Shown: piece after piece, positions 46,955 through 53,838 of the stretch
Layout: each line of letters opens with the position of its first letter
Position numbering within the stretch: position 1 is the stretch's first letter
NCBI GenBank assembly: GCA_964596545.1
Contig: CAZQUP010000008.1
Span: 9,331 to 63,168, forward strand
From: an uncultured Desulfatibacillum sp.
GTDB taxonomy: Bacteria; Desulfobacterota; Desulfobacteria; Desulfobacterales; SpSt-501
Reading direction: 5' to 3'
DNA length: 53,838 nucleotides
Position numbers and translations under genes: made by a program
The notes under the pieces: model-generated
What the model was told of the DNA's origin: nothing
What the model saw: only the letters and a program-made list of their open reading frames with translations
The model's database searches: none

Positions 46955-47650
46955 GTGAGCGCCCCCGCCGACGTCCTGGCCATCGCCGCCCACCCGGACG
47001 ACTGCGAGTTCGGAGCCGCCGGCACGATCGCCCGTTGGATCCGCGAGGGGAAATCCGTGGTCTACGTGCTCTGCACGAGCGGCGAGAAGGGAACGAGCGA
47101 CCCGGGGCTTGCGCCCGAGGCCCTGGCCGCGATCCGCGAGGAGGAACAGCGCGCGGCCTGCGCCCTCCTCGGTGTGCGCGAGGCGGTTTTCCTGCGCCTT
47201 CCGGACCAGGGTCTGGAGGACTGCGCCGATTTTCGGCGGCTGCTCGTGCGCCAGATCCGCCGCTATCGCCCCCGCGTCGTTCTCACCTCGGACCCCTACC
47301 GCCGCTACCTCTGGCACCGTGACCACCGCATCGTCGGCCAGGTCGTCCTGGACGCCGTCTTCCCCTGCGCCCGCGACCGGCTGTCCTTCCCGGAGCTCCT
47401 GGCCGAGGGGCTCGCTCCGCACAAGGTGCGCGAGGTCTATTGCTGGGGGGCCGAGGAGATCAACTGCCGGGTCGACATCACGGAGACCTTCGATCTCAAG
47501 ATCGCCGCCCTGCGCTGCCACGGCAGCCAGCTCCGCGATTTCCCCCGCGGCGACCCCGCAGTCTGGCTGCGCGAGCGCTGCCGGGAGATGGCGGCCGGCG
47601 AGTCTTTCGGGTTGGCCGAGGGGTTTCACCGCGTGGAGGCCCCGCCCTGA
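46955..47650 (+). CDS. PIG-L family N-acetylglucosaminyl deacetylase (MshB/BshB-like)
   Basis: AHPDDCEF, TSGEKG, REEEQRAA, HRDH. GTG start at 46955. Confidence 0.88.
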   Translation: MSAPADVLAIAAHPDDCEFGAAGTIARWIREGKSVVYVLCTSGEKGTSDPGLAPEALAAIREEEQRAACALLGVREAVFLRLPDQGLEDCADFRRLLVRQIRRYRPRVVLTSDPYRRYLWHRDHRIVGQVVLDAVFPCARDRLSFPELLAEGLAPHKVREVYCWGAEEINCRVDITETFDLKIAALRCHGSQLRDFPRGDPAVWLRERCREMAAGESFGLAEGFHRVEAPP

Positions 47651-47674
47651 GGCCCTTGCCGCGCTCGTCGGGGA

Positions 47675-48322
47675 TCAGGGTCGCTCTCCGAGAAAGGCGA
47701 TCTGCGAAACCCGCGGCGGACCGACTGCCGGAAGGATCAGGCGCACGACCGATCCGGTCGCAGGGTAGCCGCCCGCGCCGGGGAGACGAAGGCGGGTCTT
47801 GTTTTGCGGGCGAAGCTCCTCCCCCATCGCCCAGAGCAGGGTGAAAACGATCACATCCCCGTGGGTGACGGCGGCCACCGCTCCTCCTTCGTGCCGCCGC
47901 CGCAGGCGCCCGAGGAAACGCACCATGCGCCGCACGATATCCTGCGGCTGTTCGTAAGGCGGGCCCTCGCCGGTATAAAAATCGTCGCGGCGCGCGCCGA
48001 GGATCTCCAGCGGCTCGCCCTCGAAACGCGTGTAGACCTCATCGATCAGGCGCGAGGTGCGCACGGCAAGGCCCGCCTGCAGAGCGGCGATCGCCTGCGC
48101 CGTCTGCCGCGCCCTCAGACGCGGGCTCGCGTAGAGGGCCCGCAGAGGGATCGGGGCCAGCAGCCGCGCCGCCCGGAGCGCCTCCTCCCGGCCGCGGGCG
48201 CTCAAAGAAAATCGCGGCAACCGTCCGTAGAGGATACGTCCCGGATTGTGCACATGCCCGTGGCGCACAAGAAAGACGGTGGTGCCTGCCGCCGGCCGGC
48301 GGCCGAATCCTTCGCCGCTCAT
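47675..48322 (-). CDS. Histidine phosphatase family protein
   Basis: LVRHG, SPRLRARQTA, VTHGD. Confidence 0.88.
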   Translation of the reverse strand: MSGEGFGRRPAAGTTVFLVRHGHVHNPGRILYGRLPRFSLSARGREEALRAARLLAPIPLRALYASPRLRARQTAQAIAALQAGLAVRTSRLIDEVYTRFEGEPLEILGARRDDFYTGEGPPYEQPQDIVRRMVRFLGRLRRRHEGGAVAAVTHGDVIVFTLLWAMGEELRPQNKTRLRLPGAGGYPATGSVVRLILPAVGPPRVSQIAFLGERP

Positions 48323-49161
48323 GGATCGCTCGCGCCTTCCCGCGGAGGACCTCCCCCCCTCAGGAGGCCTTCCTCCCGGAGGAAACTTTCGACGTCCCGA
48401 AAAAACCGTTCCCCCTCGGGCGGGCAGTCGTTGTGGCCCGCATCGTAGGCAATAAGTCTTGCGCGGCGGGAGACGTTTCGAAGCTTTTCGGCATGGCCGA
48501 ACGGCACGATTTCGTCGTGTCTTCCGTGCAGGAGGAGCACCGGCCCGGGATAGCGCTCGAGCGCGGCGAGGTTGTCGAAGGGGTCGCGGATGAGAAAAGG
48601 CGGGGCGAGATAGCGCGCGGCGAAGGCCTTCACGCTCGTGAAACTGGAGAGCAGGATGAGCCCCGCGGCGGGACGTCGCCGCGTGAGGTCGCAGACCGCC
48701 CCGCCGCCGAGCGAGCGGCCCAGGAAAACGATGCGGGCGCGGTCAACCTCGGGCCGGGAGGCGAGCCGGTCGTAGGCGAGATCGAAGGCCTCGGCGATCC
48801 GTCGCTGCGAGGGGGAGCCCTCCGAGCGACCGTAGCCGGGGTACTCGACGAGCAGAAGCCCAAGGCCGAGCTCCCGGAATCGGCCCAACGTTTCGGGCCA
48901 GAAGTCGATCAACTCGCCGTTTCCGTGGGCGAAAAGGATTGTCGGCGACGGCTCCGGGTTCTCCGGCGGGGGAAGGTACCAGGCCTCGACACGGCCGAAG
49001 GAGGCGGCAAGCCACCAGCGTTCGATTTTCCGATCTTCAAGCGCAGGCTCCGCGGGAGCGGGGATCATCCAGCAGGGGAAGAGCACGTGGCGCTGCAGCA
49101 CAAAGAGAAGGAAGCACCAGCCCAGGTAAAGGAGCAGCAGGATTTTCAGGGCCGAAAGCAT
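48319..49161 (-). CDS. Membrane-anchored alpha/beta hydrolase
   Basis: HGNGE, EYPGYG, GRSLGG, HGRHDE, GHND. Confidence 0.88.
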   Translation of the reverse strand: MLSALKILLLLYLGWCFLLFVLQRHVLFPCWMIPAPAEPALEDRKIERWWLAASFGRVEAWYLPPPENPEPSPTILFAHGNGELIDFWPETLGRFRELGLGLLLVEYPGYGRSEGSPSQRRIAEAFDLAYDRLASRPEVDRARIVFLGRSLGGGAVCDLTRRRPAAGLILLSSFTSVKAFAARYLAPPFLIRDPFDNLAALERYPGPVLLLHGRHDEIVPFGHAEKLRNVSRRARLIAYDAGHNDCPPEGERFFRDVESFLREEGLLRGGGPPREGASDP

Positions 49162-49410
49162 GAAGCCGAACTCGCCGCGAGAGCAAAAGGGTTCGCGCCG
49201 CCGTATTCCCGGGCACGGGGCCTTGGCTGATTTCGGCCCTTGAAGGAAACTTCGCAGGAAGGGGAAAAGGTGTCAACCACGAAACCTTCGTCAAGCGCCC
49301 AACCGATTCCGAACTCTCCGCTGACGCCGCGCTAACCGGAAACGGCGAGACTTTTCCCCGTCCGGGCGGGAAAGTGTTCGGCAAGCCCCCCGCCCGCCGG
49401 AGGCCTTTTC

Positions 49411-49845
49411 ATGGGTTCCCTGCGACGCATCGGGCTCGTCGCCCACGACGAGCGCAAGAAAGACTTGTTGGACTGGGTGCGCTTCAACCGCGAGACCCTC
49501 TCGCGCCATGCGCTCTGGGCGACGGGCACGACGGGGAGGATCCTGACCGAAGCCTGCGATCTCGAGATTCGGCTGCTGAAAAGCGGACCCCTCGGCGGCG
49601 ACCAGCAGCTCGGGGCGATGATCGCCGGCGGCGAGCTCGACATCCTCATCTTCTTTTGGGACCCGATGACCGCCCACCCGCACGACGTGGACGTGAAGGC
49701 CCTCTTGCGCATGGCGGTTCTCTACAACGTCGCGATCGCCTGCAACCGCGCGACCGCCGACTACCTCATCTCGAGCGATCTTTTTCATCGCGACTATCGC
49801 CCGACCGCGGGCGATGCCGAGGCCGCCATGCGCGTGACGGGTTAG
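49411..49845 (+). CDS. mgsA: Methylglyoxal synthase
   Basis: LVAHDERK, ATGTTG, SGPLGGDQQLG, PHDVDVKALLR. Confidence 0.96.
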   Translation: MGSLRRIGLVAHDERKKDLLDWVRFNRETLSRHALWATGTTGRILTEACDLEIRLLKSGPLGGDQQLGAMIAGGELDILIFFWDPMTAHPHDVDVKALLRMAVLYNVAIACNRATADYLISSDLFHRDYRPTAGDAEAAMRVTG

Positions 49846-49916
49846 GCGGGGGGATCTTGCCCCGCGCTTTCCGGTGCTTACGATGAGCAAAAACCCTTGG
49901 AACCGGAGGGATCCCC

Positions 49917-50099
49917 ATGAAAGCAATCTGCGCGTTTTCTGCGATCGGAATTTTGGCGGCGTTCACGGCGGTCAACCTCTTCATCCCCTATGCGCTTCTC
50001 GTGCTGGCGTTGGGAGCTGCCGCCGCCCGGGCCTTCGGCATTCCTTGCGGGATTTTTTCCGGGAAAAAGGGATCTTCCTGCCGCCTCGGCACCTGCTGA
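49917..50099 (+). CDS. Small hypothetical membrane protein with Cys-containing tail
   Basis: GGAGG RBS; two hydrophobic stretches; ends GSSCRLGTC. Confidence 0.45.
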   Translation: MKAICAFSAIGILAAFTAVNLFIPYALLVLALGAAAARAFGIPCGIFSGKKGSSCRLGTC

Positions 50100-50196
50100 T
50101 TTCCAAAGCCCGGCGGATCGAAAACCCTCAAGGAATTTCCCGGAAGGGCGATACACCGGATCGAAAAAGGTGCATCAACCCGCCCGGGAGGATCCC

Positions 50197-50409
50197 GTGA
50201 AGACCGCACGCGCCGTCGGCCCTCAATTCCTGAGGCTCACTCCGCAGCTTGAGGAAGACCCCCCGCCGCGCCAGGCGGGCTGCCCTTTCTACCGGGGCTG
50301 CCTCGGGGCCGCGGCGGCGGCGAACCTCGCCCTCGACTGTTCCCGCTGCCCCGAAGAGGGTCATCCCCCGGCCGCCGTGGCGGGAAGGGGGACAGCCGCC
50401 TGCGCCTGA
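50197..50409 (+). CDS. Small hypothetical four-Cys protein
   Basis: GGGAGG RBS before GTG; 70 aa with CPFYRGC and CSRC. Confidence 0.45.
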   Translation: MKTARAVGPQFLRLTPQLEEDPPPRQAGCPFYRGCLGAAAAANLALDCSRCPEEGHPPAAVAGRGTAACA

Positions 50410-50481
50410 TTCCGAAATCCTTCGTTTGACAGGGTTCGGGCTCTGGGCTATGGGGAAGTCCCGTTCGCTTCGGGCGACCCC

Positions 50482-52083
50482 ATGGCCACGATCCGCATCC
50501 TTCTCTTCCTCACCCCCTTCGCCTTCGGGGCCTCGGTCCTGGGACTCGGCCAGGACATTTCCTGGGATCTGCGGAACTACCATTATTACAACCCCTTCGC
50601 CTTTCTCTTCGACCGTCTGGACCATGACGTCGCCGTCGCCCACGTGGCCACCTACTACAACCCCCTGCTCTACATCCCCTTCTACCATGCCGTCACCCGT
50701 CTGCCGCCCAAAGCGGTCGGCTTTCTGCTGGGGTTCCTCCCCGGCCTGAACGCCTGGCTCCTCTACGCCATCACCCGGCGGGCGATCGACCCCGCGGATT
50801 CGTCGAAGGCCCGCTGGTTCTGCCTGGCGCTGACCGCGGGGGCGATGCTCGGCATGATCCACCTGGCCGAGATCGGAACGAGCTTCGGCGACACCGTCGT
50901 GAGCCTTCCGGTGCTCGGAGCGGTCTTTCTGCTCGTCAGGTTCCGGGAACGGCTCGGCGGTCCTCTCGGAGGCGGCGCTCCGGTTGCGCTCGCGGCCGGG
51001 GTGCTCGCCGGCTCGGCCTGCGGGGTGAAGCTCCCCTTCGCCATCTACGGCGTGGGCCTCTGTACGGCGCTCTTCGCCTTCCCTTTGCCCTTCCGAAGAC
51101 GCTTCACCCTCGCTTTCCTCTTCGGCGTGGGGGTCCTGCTCGGGATCGCGGCGACCGGAGGCTTCTGGCTGCTCACGATGTGGCGGCGGTTCGAAAACCC
51201 CGTCTTCCCCTACTTCAACGAGTGGTTCCGCTCCCCCTGGGGCGCGGAGGGCTCCTACCGCGACGAGCGCTTCATCCCGCGCGGCCCGGCGATGTGGCTG
51301 CTCTTCCCTTTCTGGTTCAACGTGGAGCCCACCCGCGTGGGCGAGGTGGGCTTTCGCGACCTGCGCTTTCCCCTGCTCTACGTGCTTCTGGTCGCCGCCC
51401 TGATCGTGGAAGGCCGTCGCCTGCTTCGCGGGGCGAAAACCGCCGCGGGCGAAGAGCTTGCCTCCTCCGGGCTCGCCGGGTTTTTCGTCACCTTTCTCGT
51501 CGTCTCCTTTCTCTTGTGGATGAAGCTCTTCTCCGTCTACCGCTACGCCGTCGTCTGCGAGTACCTGGCCCCGCTCACCATCTATTTCCTGCTTGCCCGG
51601 CTCCTCCGCCGCCCGCGGCGGCTCAAGGCCGCCGCGCTCGCCGCGGTCGCCTTCCTGGTTCTCACCCTCGAGCCCGGCCACTGGGGAAGAAGACCCTGGA
51701 CGGAGGACTATTTCGACATCGCGCTTCCCCCGCTTGCCGCCGAGCGGCAGGCGATCGTTCTCGTGACGGGACATGACCCGGTCGGCTACCTGATTCCTTC
51801 CTTTCCCCCGGAGGCGCGTTTTCTGCGCATTCAGGGCTTCGTGACCGGGCCCTCGACCCAGCTGAACGAAACCGACCGGCTGATGATGCGCGCGGTCGCG
51901 GAGCACGAGGGCCCGCTTTTCCTGCTCTACCGCATCTACGAGGAGTGGCACGCGTTGCATGCCCTCGAGTTCTACGGGCTCGCGTTGGTCCGTGACTCCT
52001 GCCAGGGCTTCGTCCCCGGCATCGAACCCCAGCCGGAGCACCCCTTCTTTCTCTGCCGGGTGACCCGGCGGGCGACCCCCTGA
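50482..52083 (+). CDS. Polytopic membrane protein, probable GT-C type glycosyltransferase
   Basis: First-loop acidic motif GQDISWDLRNYHYYN, many TM helices, FENPVFPYFN; adjacent to a GT2 gene. Confidence 0.6.
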   Translation: MATIRILLFLTPFAFGASVLGLGQDISWDLRNYHYYNPFAFLFDRLDHDVAVAHVATYYNPLLYIPFYHAVTRLPPKAVGFLLGFLPGLNAWLLYAITRRAIDPADSSKARWFCLALTAGAMLGMIHLAEIGTSFGDTVVSLPVLGAVFLLVRFRERLGGPLGGGAPVALAAGVLAGSACGVKLPFAIYGVGLCTALFAFPLPFRRRFTLAFLFGVGVLLGIAATGGFWLLTMWRRFENPVFPYFNEWFRSPWGAEGSYRDERFIPRGPAMWLLFPFWFNVEPTRVGEVGFRDLRFPLLYVLLVAALIVEGRRLLRGAKTAAGEELASSGLAGFFVTFLVVSFLLWMKLFSVYRYAVVCEYLAPLTIYFLLARLLRRPRRLKAAALAAVAFLVLTLEPGHWGRRPWTEDYFDIALPPLAAERQAIVLVTGHDPVGYLIPSFPPEARFLRIQGFVTGPSTQLNETDRLMMRAVAEHEGPLFLLYRIYEEWHALHALEFYGLALVRDSCQGFVPGIEPQPEHPFFLCRVTRRATP

Positions 52084-52096
52084 AGGGAGACCCTTC

Positions 52097-53053
52097 ATGG
52101 ATTGCGACAGCCTTCCGGCGCTGCGCACGGCCGTGATCCTTCCCTGCTACAACGAGGAGGCGGCGATCGCCCAGGTGGTGCACGACTTCCGCCGCGCCCT
52201 GCCCCAGGCCGCAATCTACGTCTACGACAACAATTCGACCGACCGCACGGCCGAGGTCGCGGCCGCGGCCGGCGCCGTCGTGCGCCGCGAAACCCGCCAG
52301 GGCAAGGGCCACGTCGTGCGCCGTATGTTCGCCGACGTCGAGGCCGACATCTATGTTCTCGCCGACGGGGACGGGACCTACGACGCGCAAAGCGCCCCGG
52401 CCATGATCGAAAAGCTCCTCGCGGAGCGGCTCGACATGGTCGTCGGATCCCGGCTCACCACCTACGAGGGGGCGGCCTTCCGGCCCGGCCACCGGTTGGG
52501 AAACGATCTCCTCACGGGCTTTCTCGGGCTCTGCTTCGGCCGCACCTTCAGCGACATCCTTTCCGGTTACCGGGTCTTCTCGCGGCGCTTCGTCAAATCC
52601 TTTCCTGCGCTCTCCACCGGCTTCGAGATCGAAACCGAGCTCTCCGTGCACGCCCTCGAGCTGCGCATGCCGACCGCCGAGGTCGCCACCCCCTATCGCG
52701 CGCGTCCCGCGGGCTCGTCAAGCAAGCTCCGCACTTACCGCGACGGCTTCCGCATCCTGATGATGATCCTCGACCTCTTCAAGGAAGAGCGGCCGCTCGC
52801 CTTCTTCTCGATCATCGCCGCCGTGCTCTCGCTCACCGCGATCGTCCTCGCCGTCCCGATCGTCGCCACCTATCTCGAAACGGGCCTCGTCCCCCGTTTT
52901 CCCACCGCGATCCTCTCGACGGGGCTCATGATCCTCGCCTTTTTGAGCCTCAGCTGCGGCTTCGTCCTCGACACCGTCACCCACGGCCGCCGGGAAATGA
53001 AACGTCTCATTTACCTCTCCATTCCGCCTACGGGAAAGATAACGGAGGTCTGA
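52097..53053 (+). CDS. GT2 polyprenol-phosphate glycosyltransferase (GtrB/DPM1-like)
   Basis: PCYNEE, DNNSTD, DGD motif, DILSGYR, two C-terminal TM helices. Confidence 0.9.
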   Translation: MDCDSLPALRTAVILPCYNEEAAIAQVVHDFRRALPQAAIYVYDNNSTDRTAEVAAAAGAVVRRETRQGKGHVVRRMFADVEADIYVLADGDGTYDAQSAPAMIEKLLAERLDMVVGSRLTTYEGAAFRPGHRLGNDLLTGFLGLCFGRTFSDILSGYRVFSRRFVKSFPALSTGFEIETELSVHALELRMPTAEVATPYRARPAGSSSKLRTYRDGFRILMMILDLFKEERPLAFFSIIAAVLSLTAIVLAVPIVATYLETGLVPRFPTAILSTGLMILAFLSLSCGFVLDTVTHGRREMKRLIYLSIPPTGKITEV

Positions 53054-53162
53054 GGCTCGGCTTCCCCGTTTCCCCACCGTGGATTTGACATCCACCCGCG
53101 CAGTATTAGGATCCAAAGTACATTCAAACCGGGCATCAAACCCTGCGGAAAGGCGGTGGACA

Positions 53163-53838
53163 ATGTCTTTGCAGGCATGGAGTGTCCTCTGCTTGGGGTT
53201 CGGCGCCGTCGGGGCGGTCTTCTCGGCGGCCGGCGCCGCCGGCCTCGAAATCGAGTCCCTTGTCCGCGAGGCGCTGGCCCGCAACCCGGAGATCCGCACC
53301 GCGCGCGAGCGGGAAAACGCCCTGCGGGAGCGGGTCCCGCAGGCCGGGGCGCTCGAGGACCCCGTCGTCGGCTTCGGGATCCTGAACGTGCCGCGGAACT
53401 TCGACCTGGACGAGGAGGACATGACCATCAAGGAGCTCTCCCTGGCGCAGAAATTTCCTTCTCCGGGAAAGCTCAAAGCCGCGGTGGATGCGGCGGAGCT
53501 CGAGGCCCAAGCCGCCCGAGCCGAGACCGAGGAGACGGCCAACCGCGTGGCGGCCGAGGTCAAGGAGGCCTTCTACGAGCTCTCTCACGCCCACCGCGCG
53601 CTCGAGGTGACGCGCCGGAACCGCGAGTTGCTCGAAGAGCTCGCCCGCATCGGCCGCGCCCGCTATGCCGTGGGTCGCGGGCAGCAGGAGGAGCTTCTGC
53701 GGACGGAGCTCGAGATCACGGCGATGGCCGATGAGCTGCTCCGCCTCGAGGAGCAGAAAACGGCGGCCGAGGCGCGGCTCGGCGAGCTTCTCGACCGCCC
53801 GGCGGGGGAAGTGGGGGAACGACCGGTCGACCCGGCCT
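53163..53838 (+). CDS. TolC-family outer membrane efflux protein (CusC/CzcC-like), partial
   Basis: Not in the ORF track. Manual translation gives MSLQAWSVLCLGFGAVG..LVREALARNPEI..QAGALEDP..LAQKFPSPGKL, apparently open to the window end. Confidence 0.82.
   Translation, partial: MSLQAWSVLCLGFGAVGAVFSAAGAAGLEIESLVREALARNPEIRTARERENALRERVPQAGALEDPVVGFGILNVPRNFDLDEEDMTIKELSLAQKFPSPGKLKAAVDAAELEAQAARAETEETANRVAAEVKEAFYELSHAHRALEVTRRNRELLEELARIGRARYAVGRGQQEELLRTELEITAMADELLRLEEQKTAAEARLGELLDRPAGEVGERPVDPA

Noticed and set aside
49411-49845. Functional link between mgsA and the putative thiol cluster via methylglyoxal detoxification
   Set aside because: Separate transcription unit and no glyoxalase gene in the window; proximity alone is insufficient.
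1-53838. CRISPR arrays, tRNA/rRNA genes, transposases, integrases, phage genes
   Set aside because: None recognised by eye; short or degenerate elements could have been missed.

Overview
The window is a gene-dense, mostly high-GC (by eye about 65-70%) bacterial segment. Gene content (rubredoxin, HdrD/CCG protein, multiheme cytochrome c, FHA-GGDEF, three TRAP/TAXI systems) suggests an anaerobic Desulfobacterota-like organism; this is inference only. From left to right: (1) a YheO-regulator/RidA/D-cysteine-desulfhydrase-family operon ending in a markedly low-GC TRAP transporter; (2) SulP, a NosL-like gene and a 127-bp element with perfect 14-bp terminal inverted repeats; (3) narGHJI-narK-rubredoxin-cupin with an FNR/CRP-like palindrome upstream; (4) a 15-kb GntR-led minus-strand cluster. 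That cluster holds a Zn-dehydrogenase, TRAP, SDR, DUF296 and an acetoin-dehydrogenase-like E1a/E1b/E2/atypical E3, followed by an 11-heme cytochrome c fused to a NarI/HdrE-like membrane domain, an LbpA/GcvH-like lipoyl carrier, an HdrD-like Fe-S/CCG protein and a lipoate ligase. It is the best candidate for an undescribed system, a lipoyl-carrier-to-membrane electron-transfer route. (5) fabH, a GNAT, TerC, an SLC13-like permease, a diguanylate cyclase and a TAXI transporter; (6) a mycothiol-like cluster (MshA-like GT4, PIG-L deacetylase, GNAT, phosphatase) that lacks MshC/BshC but has a peptidase-S51 domain fused to a CysRS-like C-terminal tail, the second candidate new system; (7) mgsA, a GT-C/GT2 pair and a partial TolC-family gene. 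I saw no rRNA, tRNA, CRISPR array or transposase. All calls come from reading motifs by eye; no database search was run.
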